In this document: positions 6,418-14,518 of the stretch, piece after piece
How the letters are laid out: every line of letters starts with the position of its first letter
How positions within the stretch are numbered: position 1 is the stretch's first letter
IMG/VR virus record: IMGVR_UViG_3300020582_000005
Length of the DNA stretch: 22,862 nt
Direction: 5' to 3' (one strand)
From: a virus
Lineage: Duplodnaviria > Heunggongvirae > Uroviricota > Caudoviricetes
Notes under the pieces: generated by a model
Databases searched by the model: none
Seen by the model: only the letters and a program-made list of their open reading frames with translations
Told to the model about the DNA's origin: nothing
Translations under genes and position numbers: made by a program

Positions 6418-6801
6418 TTATACGTAATTGACAGTTACAATTACACCAGATGACGGGGAAACCGAACCCGCTGTTCCACCAGTGGTAACACAAAGTGCTG
6501 TCAAAGCTGTACCAAACGTTTTACCTGGAGCCGAACCAGTATTATAGTTCTGTGTAATTACCGCCCCACCGGGAACATACAAAATTTCATCAGGTGCTGT
6601 CGTTCCTACTACCACGGAACCTGCCGCTAAATTATACAACTTAACATACGATGCTGCGCCACCGTTAGCCGAATTATCAACTGAAATCCAGTAAACCTTT
6701 GCCGAGGACGCTTTGATAGCATCGGCTGTATTCCCCATGGCTGTATCTGTAAAGATAACCTCATTGGCTGGCGTTGCTACAGTCACTTGTGTAATAGACA
6801 T
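6418..6801 (-). CDS. Hypothetical Thr/Ala/Gly-rich protein (putative structural)
   Basis: 127 aa, AAGGAGA SD. Confidence 0.75.
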   Translation of the reverse strand: MSITQVTVATPANEVIFTDTAMGNTADAIKASSAKVYWISVDNSANGGAASYVKLYNLAAGSVVVGTTAPDEILYVPGGAVITQNYNTGSAPGKTFGTALTALCVTTGGTAGSVSPSSGVIVTVNYV

Positions 6802-6812
6802 TTAATTTCTCC

Positions 6813-7196
6813 TTATGCTCCGTGAGCTACGCCTAGATAATCAAGCCAATAAGAAATATTTCCACCAGGATTGATAACCTGTATAATATCTAACAACAAG
6901 GGATTATCAAACGCTGAAGCGAATAAAGTTGCTGTCGATCCTTGAAGAATAGGGGTAAAATAAACCCCCAAAACGGTTCCATCTGTTGGATTAACAGCTG
7001 GACTATGAACCTTACCAAGATAATCTACGTTAATCATAACGGAAGGAGCGCCACCTGTCTGACTACCAGGACTTGCAATTTGAATCAAATCTAAATTCTG
7101 CGCTTCGTTAGAAGAAAACGCATATTGAACCGACAAGCCATTAGTTACTGAAGCTTGAACTCTAGATAACACCGCCACTGATGTTGCTGCCGCCAT
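6813..7196 (-). CDS. Hypothetical protein (putative structural)
   Basis: 127 aa, GAGGTGA SD; LDLIQI/LDIIQVI internal echo. Confidence 0.75.
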   Translation of the reverse strand: MAAATSVAVLSRVQASVTNGLSVQYAFSSNEAQNLDLIQIASPGSQTGGAPSVMINVDYLGKVHSPAVNPTDGTVLGVYFTPILQGSTATLFASAFDNPLLLDIIQVINPGGNISYWLDYLGVAHGA

Positions 7197-7213
7197 GAAT
7201 CACCTCACAAATT

Positions 7214-7301
7214 TGGTCGGAGTGAAAGGACTCGAACCTTCAAGGTCTTTCGACACCAGTTTCCAAAACTGGCAAGCTTCCATTTACTTAACTACACTCC
7301 G
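7214..7301 (-). tRNA. tRNA-Pro(TGG) with long variable arm
   Basis: C1-G72, A73, loop TT-TGG-AA; V region TGTCGAAAGACCTT. Confidence 0.85.
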
Positions 7302-7304
7302 AAA

Positions 7305-7395
7305 TGGTGGATGTGGTAGGAGTTGAACCTACAACGTCGTAAGCGACGAAGTGTTTTACAGACACCAGAACCTAGCCGGTTTGTTCATCACATCC
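7305..7395 (-). tRNA. tRNA-Tyr(GTA)
   Basis: G1-C72, A73, long V arm, loop CT-GTA-AA. Confidence 0.92.
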
Positions 7396-7397
7396 AT

Positions 7398-7469
7398 TGG
7401 AGCGGAGACACGGATTCGAACCGTGCATTCAGGCTTTACGAAAGCCAAATGGTGAGCCTCACTCACCGC
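7398..7469 (-). tRNA. tRNA-Thr(CGT), reduced D arm (possibly degenerate)
   Basis: Loop TT-CGT-AA, canonical T arm, CCA; short D region. Confidence 0.65.
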
Positions 7470-7471
7470 AT

Positions 7472-7548
7472 TGGGGTGGATAACGGGAGTCGGACCCGTC
7501 CTGGCTCTTTCACAGAGAGCAGTGCCTCACCGCTACACTATATCCACC
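7472..7548 (-). tRNA. tRNA-His(GTG)
   Basis: Encoded G-1 and C73, loop CT-GTG-AA, T-loop TCCGACT. Confidence 0.92.
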
Positions 7549-7554
7549 ATAGAA

Positions 7555-7583
7555 ATTCTATCAAACTTCTTCAAGTTTGTCAA
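7555..7583 (-). promoter_or_regulatory. sigma70-type promoter
   Basis: TTGACA-17 bp-TAGAAT with TGn, 6 nt from tRNA-His G-1. Confidence 0.85.
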
Positions 7584-7589
7584 GCTATT

Positions 7590-8003
7590 TTAAGCGTGAT
7601 CTCCTTTATCTCCCTTGGGACCTTGTGCTCCATCTTTTCCATCACGACCGGGAGCGCCATCTTTACCGGGATCGCCTTTCAAACCAGCTGGACCGAAAGG
7701 ACCTTGATCACCCTTGTCTCCCTTCATACCATCTTTACCGTCTGCTCCAGCTTTACCATCTAAACCTTTCGATCCTGCGTCCCCTTTGTCGCCTTTATTT
7801 CCTTGAGGACCTGTAGGACCTTCTACTCCGGATTTACCTTGCGGACCTGCTGGACCTACTGAACCTACATGACCCGCTAGCCCTGCGGGACCGACTGGAC
7901 CACGTGGACCTGCAGCACCAGGAACTCCGGAAACTTTATGAAACAAAGAAAAAATTAACGATACACCAGCAACACCAATAGCAATAAATGCTAGATCAAT
8001 CAT
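7590..8003 (-). CDS. Collagen-like protein with N-terminal membrane anchor
   Basis: Hydrophobic N-terminus then uninterrupted Gly-X-Y repeats. Confidence 0.9.
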   Translation of the reverse strand: MIDLAFIAIGVAGVSLIFSLFHKVSGVPGAAGPRGPVGPAGLAGHVGSVGPAGPQGKSGVEGPTGPQGNKGDKGDAGSKGLDGKAGADGKDGMKGDKGDQGPFGPAGLKGDPGKDGAPGRDGKDGAQGPKGDKGDHA

Positions 8004-8030
8004 CTATCCCCCTCAGAACAGTGATTTACT

Positions 8031-8115
8031 TGGAGCAGGCTGGAAGACTCGAACTTCCGTGGGTTTTATCCGGCAGTTTACAAAACTGCTGCTGTCGCCT
8101 CTGAGCCAAGCCTGC
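8031..8115 (-). tRNA. tRNA-Thr(TGT) with extended variable region
   Basis: GCAGGCT/AGCCTGC, loop TT-TGT-AA, 14-nt V region, U73. Confidence 0.85.
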
Positions 8116-8494
8116 GAATTTTTCTTCCTTTACCCATATTCAAACTTCTGTAAGTAGGAGTCAAAGAATGACAATTCGGACACAACAAAATAAGATTCTC
8201 AATTTTATTGTTATCCCAATGTCCATCGATGTGTTCCAACTCAACTGGAGAATGTCCTGTTAAAGGATTAATCTCGTTCCAACCACACCGCTCGCACTTT
8301 TCTCCACGAACTTTAATCAGATAAGTTCGTATGTGAGCCGATGTTTTATTAGCACCCTTATTTTGAATAATACCGGATTCTTCACCCGAAAGCCATCTTT
8401 GAATCCAGTCATTCTGTAAAACTAAACGGGCACACTTTCTACAACCCTTTGCTGCTTTTGAAACTCGTATTCCACAGTACAGGCACACTTTCAT
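8078..8494 (-). CDS. HNH endonuclease
   Basis: CERCG...VELEHIDGHWDNNKIENLILLCPNCH; stop inside tRNA-Thr(TGT) anticodon loop. Confidence 0.92.
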   Translation of the reverse strand: MKVCLYCGIRVSKAAKGCRKCARLVLQNDWIQRWLSGEESGIIQNKGANKTSAHIRTYLIKVRGEKCERCGWNEINPLTGHSPVELEHIDGHWDNNKIENLILLCPNCHSLTPTYRSLNMGKGRKIRRLGSEATAAVL

Positions 8495-8535
8495 TTTTCC
8501 TCCTTTGAGAGCCTGTACTTTCTCAAAGAATGTTA

Positions 8536-8609
8536 TGGAGCTAACTCAGTGAATCGAACACTGGTCTGCTAGGTACTAACTAGCGGTAATTCCACTATAC
8601 GAAGTCAGC
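8536..8609 (-). tRNA. tRNA-Thr(AGT)
   Basis: GCTGACT/AGTTAGC, GCTAG/CTAGC stem, loop TT-AGT-AC. Confidence 0.88.
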
Positions 8610-8747
8610 TTAAATCTTTTTCAAATATAACACAATGTCTCTAATCTTGTCAAACAAATTATACTGAAACTTGTACTCAGCATAACTAGTCAGAACACCA
8701 CCGACAAATAAAGCAACGAACAAAGCGATGAATGCGTGTAGAGGCAT
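8610..8747 (-). CDS. Small membrane protein (45 aa, MPLHAFIALFVALFVGGVLTS...)
   Basis: GGAGAT SD, hydrophobic N-terminus; TAA abuts tRNA-Thr(AGT). Confidence 0.7.
   Translation of the reverse strand: MPLHAFIALFVALFVGGVLTSYAEYKFQYNLFDKIRDIVLYLKKI
8624..8653 (-). promoter_or_regulatory. Possible internal sigma70 promoter for tRNA-Thr(AGT)
   Basis: TTGACA-18 bp-TATATT with TGn; lies inside a CDS so may be coincidental. Confidence 0.45.
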
Positions 8748-8755
8748 TTTATCTC

Positions 8756-8953
8756 CTAGAGAAGTGCTTTCAAACGTGCTAACACATTTGCGGCTACGGA
8801 TTCCCCTTCTGATTCTAGCTTAGCGATTTCAACTTTGATAGATTCTTTAACTTTAGCTATTTCTTTCAAAGCTGCATTTTCTTCGACTAGCAAATCGTTC
8901 ACGACAGAAAGATTACCCACTTTTGCCATTAAACGCTCAATTGTTATATTCAT
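8756..8953 (-). CDS. Small coiled-coil protein
   Basis: 65 aa, heptad-like, AAGGAAGA SD. Confidence 0.75.
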   Translation of the reverse strand: MNITIERLMAKVGNLSVVNDLLVEENAALKEIAKVKESIKVEIAKLESEGESVAANVLARLKALL

Positions 8954-8972
8954 TTCTTCTTCCTTTTATGTT

Positions 8973-9263
8973 CTAGAACAAAAAATTTCCCGTGACCGTG
9001 ATCTGTGATCCTGTTGGCGCAACAGGCCAGTTAATGGTCAAGACTCCCGACGCTACAGAGCCGGTGATAATTTGACCGTCAGACGATCTCAGATTCGTGA
9101 CCCCAGAAAGTGTCACCGAACTTGCGCTGAACGCCGGATTAAATTCAAAACCTGGGCTAAGATAAACAGTTAACGGCACTTTTGACAACGTAAGAGTGAC
9201 AGAGGTAGACGTGCCATCAGGAACAAGATTGACCGAAAAATTTATAGTTGCGACGATGGCCAT
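8973..9263 (-). CDS. Hypothetical beta-rich protein
   Basis: 96 aa; GGAGGA SD inside upstream gene. Confidence 0.75.
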   Translation of the reverse strand: MAIVATINFSVNLVPDGTSTSVTLTLSKVPLTVYLSPGFEFNPAFSASSVTLSGVTNLRSSDGQIITGSVASGVLTINWPVAPTGSQITVTGNFLF

Positions 9264-9881
9264 TTATTCCTCCGTCCACTCAAACCACACACTGGCTAGA
9301 GGAGTAGTTCCTACATTATTTATAGTAACCCCGATATAATCATTAAGCCCTCGGATAACTCCAGTTTGCGAAAAGTAATTTCCAAACGTCCACTCAATTA
9401 CCTGTGGTTGAACAGAAACTGAAGTAGTAACAATCTCATACTGATCAGCAGCTAATGGTGATGTTCCTGCTCGTGTAGCTGATGTTGGAGCCGTTGCCCA
9501 CCCAGTAGCTGTAGCCGAAGGTGTTGGATTATTTATATCCAATGAAACAAACGCCGAATTGCCCGTACCGCCACTCAAACTGCTGTATCTAAAAACTTGA
9601 AGATCAGCGCTTGCACCTGTTGCTGCCGTCGCCGAAAATCGTATTCTCGTCAATCTAACTACTTTTGCTGGACTTCCTTGAAGAGAGAAAAAAGGCCCAT
9701 TAACTATACCACCTACAGGAGGTGTAAAACCCGAAAGTCCTGACCGATACGTTGCCTTACGGCCCTCGGTGTTAACACTTAAAGCTCCAGTCGTATCAAT
9801 TATAGTAGGCCACGACTGACCATTCACAAGAGACGGAACAACAGACTGGAACTTGTTAAATAGATACTGTCTAAGAGCCAT
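9264..9881 (-). CDS. Hypothetical putative virion protein
   Basis: Start moved to MALRQ (9881), 1 nt after upstream stop; the track start 9950 overlaps the prior gene. Confidence 0.75.
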   Translation of the reverse strand: MALRQYLFNKFQSVVPSLVNGQSWPTIIDTTGALSVNTEGRKATYRSGLSGFTPPVGGIVNGPFFSLQGSPAKVVRLTRIRFSATAATGASADLQVFRYSSLSGGTGNSAFVSLDINNPTPSATATGWATAPTSATRAGTSPLAADQYEIVTTSVSVQPQVIEWTFGNYFSQTGVIRGLNDYIGVTINNVGTTPLASVWFEWTEE

Positions 9882-9882
9882 G

Positions 9883-10590
9883 TTAAACTGGGAACTCAGC
9901 CCACAACAAAGAAGAAGCTGCAGAATGTCCAACTGGAGTTGTTGTAGCAAATAGGCCTAAAATACCTCCAGGTGATATAATTAAACTCCCATCGAAATTC
10001 TCTGTATTTTGTGATTGCATTTGTGTCATAAAACCGGCAGCAGTTGCAGTTTCAGCAACGTTGTAAATCTGACCACCACCCAAACCGGATGCACAAAGAA
10101 CCGACGTTTGAATTGAGGCTAATCCTGTTAACGCTAATCCTGCAAGACCCTTACATTGCGAACCAGCCTGAGTCAGAGTCTTTCTATTAAAAGGTGCTGT
10201 ACCTGTAGTAATTGCATTATTGCCTGTGTATGCAATCCAAACCAAACCACCGGGTCCGACCGCTGTTGTCAGGGTTGTTAAGGTAACTGAAAGAGTTGCT
10301 TGTAAAATTACAGCATTAACACCCGATATCAATGGATTATAAATTCCTATAATTGGGGTTGCGGTAGCTGCCGTAGCCAATGTAGCTGAATTAGCATCTG
10401 CTGTTGTAAAAGTGGCGGCATTAATACTTGTAGTGGTCATACCAGAACTAAACATCTGACCACGATAAGTTGCTTCATAAAAACGACCTTGAAGATCGCT
10501 AACAAGAACTTCGCCAAACTCACCCGCAGAAGCTACCGGAACCTGTCCGACTTGCTTACCTGTCGCCCCTTGCTGAACACCTATATTCAT
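9883..10590 (-). CDS. Hypothetical Thr/Ala/Gly-rich putative virion protein
   Basis: 235 aa, GAGGA SD. Confidence 0.78.
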   Translation of the reverse strand: MNIGVQQGATGKQVGQVPVASAGEFGEVLVSDLQGRFYEATYRGQMFSSGMTTTSINAATFTTADANSATLATAATATPIIGIYNPLISGVNAVILQATLSVTLTTLTTAVGPGGLVWIAYTGNNAITTGTAPFNRKTLTQAGSQCKGLAGLALTGLASIQTSVLCASGLGGGQIYNVAETATAAGFMTQMQSQNTENFDGSLIISPGGILGLFATTTPVGHSAASSLLWAEFPV

Positions 10591-10598
10591 AAATCCTC

Positions 10599-12212
10599 TT
10601 AAATCACTGGCTGAAAATCTTGAGATGTAGGATCGAAATCAGAACTTTCAACATCTCCATTTTCAGTAACCATATGGACTATGGCTGTACGCATGGCTCT
10701 AACTTCTAAAATCAACATTTGAATCAACTCTGTCAAGCCACGAGTGTCTTGGCTATTAGGAGAAATAGTAACCACTAAAGCCGAATCCGTATTAAGTGGC
10801 GCTATAGTTCCCGGTTTAACCGCAACCGGACCATTCACACCATCCGTAATTTCCATTGGCCAAGCGTTCACTAATGTATTAGGCGTGCCCTGATTCGCTG
10901 TGACTGTTCCGGAAATAGGAATTGCTATTCCACCTGTAAATCCTTCAATAATAACAGAACGACCACCTGCACCTAACGGTACGGGCTGATATTGAGGAGT
11001 GGCGTCATTTGATTCACCACCTATCACCAAGAAATTCGTTTCTGCGGTTGTACCGTCAGTTGTTGTACCGACAACATCGACATTTCCTGTGATAGTTGTT
11101 GATGTCAAAGATACAACCCAAGGACTTGTACCTTGAGTAACACTGACAGTTCCAGTAATGGCAACTGTGCCATTTGAACCTATATCTACTTTAAGTACAC
11201 CGGTTCCGGCGTCTACTTGAACTCTGCGCCAAACAGAATTGGTTGCATCCCATCCACCAAGCAAAGCAAATGTGTCTTCAGCATCCGTTGGATTTGCAAA
11301 CGTATCTGATGGAGTCTTTGCTCCCGCTACAATCCAAGGACTTGTCCCTTGTGTTACGCTGACTGTGCCGGTTATAGTTGTAGAACTTAGTGATACAACC
11401 CAAGGAGACGTTCCTTGAGTAACACTAACTGTTCCGGAGTCTACGATGACGTGTTGTGGAGCAGAAAAACTTATCGATCCGCTAATTGGAACAGCTGTTC
11501 CACCAGCGACACCTTCAATAATTACACTGCGACCAGCGGCTCCAAGCGGAATTGGTTGATACTGAGCAGTTGCATCGTTAGACTCGCCGCCAACTACTAG
11601 AAAAGGTGTCTCTGTTGTGCTACCATCTGTCGTTGTTCCGACAACGTTTACGTTTCCGGTAATCGTTGTAGAAACTAACGATACAACCCAAGGCGAGGTT
11701 CCTTGCGTGACACTGACACTTCCAGAAACAGTCACAGCAGGAGTATTCTCAATCAAAACTTTAAGTTGACCAGCCGCATCCGTTGATAGAACTCTTACAT
11801 CAGCTCCATCCCATCCTAACGCTGCTGTTCCTGTAGGAGTCGCAACTGCGGTACCCGTTGCGTACTGAGTGCCGCCACCGAAACTGGTAATTTGATCACC
11901 GTTAGCATTGACGATAGCTACGGCTATTGGAGTGGAATCTGTCAGATTGAATCCAGTGACACCAAACAAAGTGCCACCGATATTCACGCCTAGATAATCA
12001 GCGTCTGCTGGAACAGGAGCACCAGTAGGACCAGCTGCGGCGTTACCGCTTCCCCCGCCACCACCGATGCTGGTAACTTTTAAATTACCATTTATATCGA
12101 ACTGAAGAGAACAAGCCTGACCATCTGTTAAAGTAAAAGGAGCGAGATTATAAAATCCGCCGACTGTGAAAGGACCGTTATTCTGTCTTGTACTTCCCGG
12201 TCCCTGCGCCAT
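10599..12212 (-). CDS. Repeat-containing putative fibre/virion protein
   Basis: 537 aa; four VSVTQGTSPW(V/I)V motifs and two ~80-aa modules (TTITGNV..GGESNDAT.QYQP.PLGA.GRSVIIEG..PISG). Confidence 0.75.
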   Translation of the reverse strand: MAQGPGSTRQNNGPFTVGGFYNLAPFTLTDGQACSLQFDINGNLKVTSIGGGGGSGNAAAGPTGAPVPADADYLGVNIGGTLFGVTGFNLTDSTPIAVAIVNANGDQITSFGGGTQYATGTAVATPTGTAALGWDGADVRVLSTDAAGQLKVLIENTPAVTVSGSVSVTQGTSPWVVSLVSTTITGNVNVVGTTTDGSTTETPFLVVGGESNDATAQYQPIPLGAAGRSVIIEGVAGGTAVPISGSISFSAPQHVIVDSGTVSVTQGTSPWVVSLSSTTITGTVSVTQGTSPWIVAGAKTPSDTFANPTDAEDTFALLGGWDATNSVWRRVQVDAGTGVLKVDIGSNGTVAITGTVSVTQGTSPWVVSLTSTTITGNVDVVGTTTDGTTAETNFLVIGGESNDATPQYQPVPLGAGGRSVIIEGFTGGIAIPISGTVTANQGTPNTLVNAWPMEITDGVNGPVAVKPGTIAPLNTDSALVVTISPNSQDTRGLTELIQMLILEVRAMRTAIVHMVTENGDVESSDFDPTSQDFQPVI

Positions 12213-12222
12213 GTCTTCCTCT

Positions 12223-12648
12223 TTACAAATTCATTTTTATCTTTTGAATAACAGCTGTGACGATCTCACTTATACTTGGAGAATAACCAGGATCACCTTT
12301 TGGACCCTGTACTCCGGTTGCCCCGGTCGCTCCGGTCGCTCCTTGCGACCCCTGCGGACCCCGCTCCCCTGTGTCTCCCTTGGCACCTTGTGGTCCGGGT
12401 GTGTGACTGACACCTGCCTCACCACGATCCCCTTTGGGTCCGGGGATGCCTTGTGGTCCTCGTGGACCCGGCAGATTGGAAATGCCTGGATCGCCTTTTG
12501 GTCCTTGCCCACCAGGATCACCTTTGCGACTGGAAATTTGCTTTTGCTGTAATGTTATGTGATCTAAAAACTGTTGAACAGTCTTATTTTTTAAATCATT
12601 AAATTCAGCTCTAAGTTGTTCAATTTCTTTTTCTAAATCTACGCTCAT
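12223..12648 (-). CDS. Collagen-like protein with N-terminal coiled coil
   Basis: Gly-X-Y run after DLEKEIEQLRAEFNDLK. Confidence 0.88.
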   Translation of the reverse strand: MSVDLEKEIEQLRAEFNDLKNKTVQQFLDHITLQQKQISSRKGDPGGQGPKGDPGISNLPGPRGPQGIPGPKGDRGEAGVSHTPGPQGAKGDTGERGPQGSQGATGATGATGVQGPKGDPGYSPSISEIVTAVIQKIKMNL

Positions 12649-13571
12649 TACAAAACTCCTGATTCCAAATATTTAATTCGTTCTCGTAATTGCTTAATTT
12701 CCAAAGCTTGTTTAAAAACTAACTCTTCCCTCTTGTGTCGATCTCTAGGAACCCACACAAGATTACCCGGCATTATTCCTACAGATTTATCCACAACGTG
12801 GAGATCATAAAACTTACCTGGCTTAGGTCCTATTTCTTTTAACAAACAATTTTCGCCCTCAATAAAGGAACCACCTTTGTCATAATTCCAAGCATCATAA
12901 AAGGGCATATCCACATACCACTTTGTTTTAAGTCTAAAAATATAACGATGATGATTTCTAAGACTAGCAGCAATTGGGTGGCTTTGACTCCAGTTCCTAC
13001 ACCACTCATTTCTAAGCTTAGCGTGCCGCTGAACACTTTCAGACACCTTAGAATTAAGTTGAAAATTCAAAACGGCTGCTTCGTCATCGCTTCTTTCTGA
13101 AATGAATCCCACACTTTGTTTTTCTTGCAAAGAAAAATTCTTTATAAAATAATCTTTTTCTTGTAGTGGAATCGCCCACCTGAAATCGCTACGTCCTCGA
13201 CTTACAAATCTAACCTTAGTAAGTAAATTAGGGCATCGTCTATTAATTTGCGTTACTAATGTAGTACAATCGCTCTTGGTAATAGCCTTAGAAAAATTCA
13301 ACTCTTTTGCTAAATCGACTAATGGAATAAATTTTGAAGAATCTACGCCGTATCCTAATTTCTTTATAACACATTCTTTTTCCGATGCGGGAATGGCCCA
13401 TACCAAACCATCACGTACTCCAGATACTTTATCTAAATGAATTTTCCTAACTAAACCTGGAAATGCTCGCTCTATGAGTTCTCTAAAATTAGTAGAATCT
13501 GATTTCCTAATAGCCGCAGGCAAACCTAACTCTTTTGCTAAATCTAAAACCGTAATAAACCTTTCTTTCAT
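12648..13571 (-). CDS. Hypothetical protein with two N-terminal repeats and a degenerate HNH-like C-terminus
   Basis: ATG 13571 after GGAGG; repeats LDLAKELG/VDLAKELN...WAIP; C-term IGPKP..YDLHVVDK..G..PGNLVWV resembles the GxRP..SLDRIDNxxGYxPGNxRW pattern. Confidence 0.6.
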   Translation of the reverse strand: MKERFITVLDLAKELGLPAAIRKSDSTNFRELIERAFPGLVRKIHLDKVSGVRDGLVWAIPASEKECVIKKLGYGVDSSKFIPLVDLAKELNFSKAITKSDCTTLVTQINRRCPNLLTKVRFVSRGRSDFRWAIPLQEKDYFIKNFSLQEKQSVGFISERSDDEAAVLNFQLNSKVSESVQRHAKLRNEWCRNWSQSHPIAASLRNHHRYIFRLKTKWYVDMPFYDAWNYDKGGSFIEGENCLLKEIGPKPGKFYDLHVVDKSVGIMPGNLVWVPRDRHKREELVFKQALEIKQLRERIKYLESGVL

Positions 13572-13664
13572 TCTTTCCTCCACTAAGGAAAGCAGGGAGC
13601 AGTAGTGGCTGCTCCCGCCCGTTTAGCTAAACAAACTTAAATCTTTATTTATCGATAACTTACG

Positions 13665-13928
13665 TCAGTTCCCCCGGTACCCGTTGCCACTGACGCCGGG
13701 TGCTCCGTCACTACCAATGTCATTAAATCCTAGTTGCTGCCGATGTGCTTTCTTAGCAGCTGCGCCGTCATCACACTTTGCTTCTATAACTGCGCTAGCA
13801 GAAGGAAGAGAACCTTTTCTCAATGTAGCCTCTTCAGCGTTTGACTTACCACGACTATGCACCCCCGCATCGGGGTGGCTCATGTCGTGCTCGAATGCAC
13901 AATCAGGAATCGTTGTTTTAAAATTCAT
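13665..13928 (-). CDS. Hypothetical protein (87 aa; in-frame alternative start at 14021)
   Basis: AAAGGA SD before ATG 13928. Confidence 0.6.
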   Translation of the reverse strand: MNFKTTIPDCAFEHDMSHPDAGVHSRGKSNAEEATLRKGSLPSASAVIEAKCDDGAAAKKAHRQQLGFNDIGSDGAPGVSGNGYRGN

Positions 13929-14022
13929 AAAAATCCTTTTAAACCAAAAGAAAAAGCGGAAGTGTCTCCGTTTTCTTCCGCTTATTTTAATAGAAAGAGT
14001 AGCTCTGGATGTCTGCGGCATA

Positions 14023-14295
14023 TTATGCCCCAGAATCTGTAACCTGAATAACAACCGTGTCTGTGACGGCTGCGGTAGGAGTACCACTAATTAATCCACT
14101 AGATGATAGTGTTAAACCAGCTGGAAGACTACTTCCTGCTTGAAGCGACCATACATAAGGAGCGGTACCACCACTAGCTACAAGTTGTTCTGAATAAGCT
14201 TGTCCAACTTGTCCATTAGGCAACGATGTGGTAACAATAACTAGCGGTGATGGTGTAACAACTAAAGAAAAACTAGCAGTTGCTGTTTGTGGCAT
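14023..14295 (-). CDS. Putative Ig-domain (He_PIG-like) protein
   Basis: IVTTSLPNGQVGQAYSEQLVASGGTAPYVWS...LPAGLTLSSSGLISGTPT motif; GAGGGGG SD before ATG 14295. Confidence 0.85.
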   Translation of the reverse strand: MPQTATASFSLVVTPSPLVIVTTSLPNGQVGQAYSEQLVASGGTAPYVWSLQAGSSLPAGLTLSSSGLISGTPTAAVTDTVVIQVTDSGA

Positions 14296-14317
14296 ATAAG
14301 TCCCCCTCAGAACTAAT

Positions 14318-14518
14318 TTACAAATCATCTGCTCCTAAAATTCCTCTATTATCGAGCGGTGTTAATCCTACTCGTGTCAAAATAAAAATTATCTTGTCGC
14401 CAGCATACGTTTCTATCCGAAACTTAAAATCGCCATTAGCTTGTTTCTTTGTGACTAAGCGATATTCAGTCACACCTGCTTTCTCTCTTTCTGAAAAATA
14501 ATTATAAAGTGCCTGCAT
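14318..14518 (-). CDS. Hypothetical protein
   Basis: 66 aa, TAATG coupling with upstream ORF. Confidence 0.7.
   Translation of the reverse strand: MQALYNYFSEREKAGVTEYRLVTKKQANGDFKFRIETYAGDKIIFILTRVGLTPLDNRGILGADDL

Noticed and set aside
3030-7816. + strand and short - strand ORFs over tRNAs (3030, 3052, 3726, 4710, 5017, 5315, 6204, 7323, 7577)
   Set aside because: They are translations of tRNA genes or antisense to real genes
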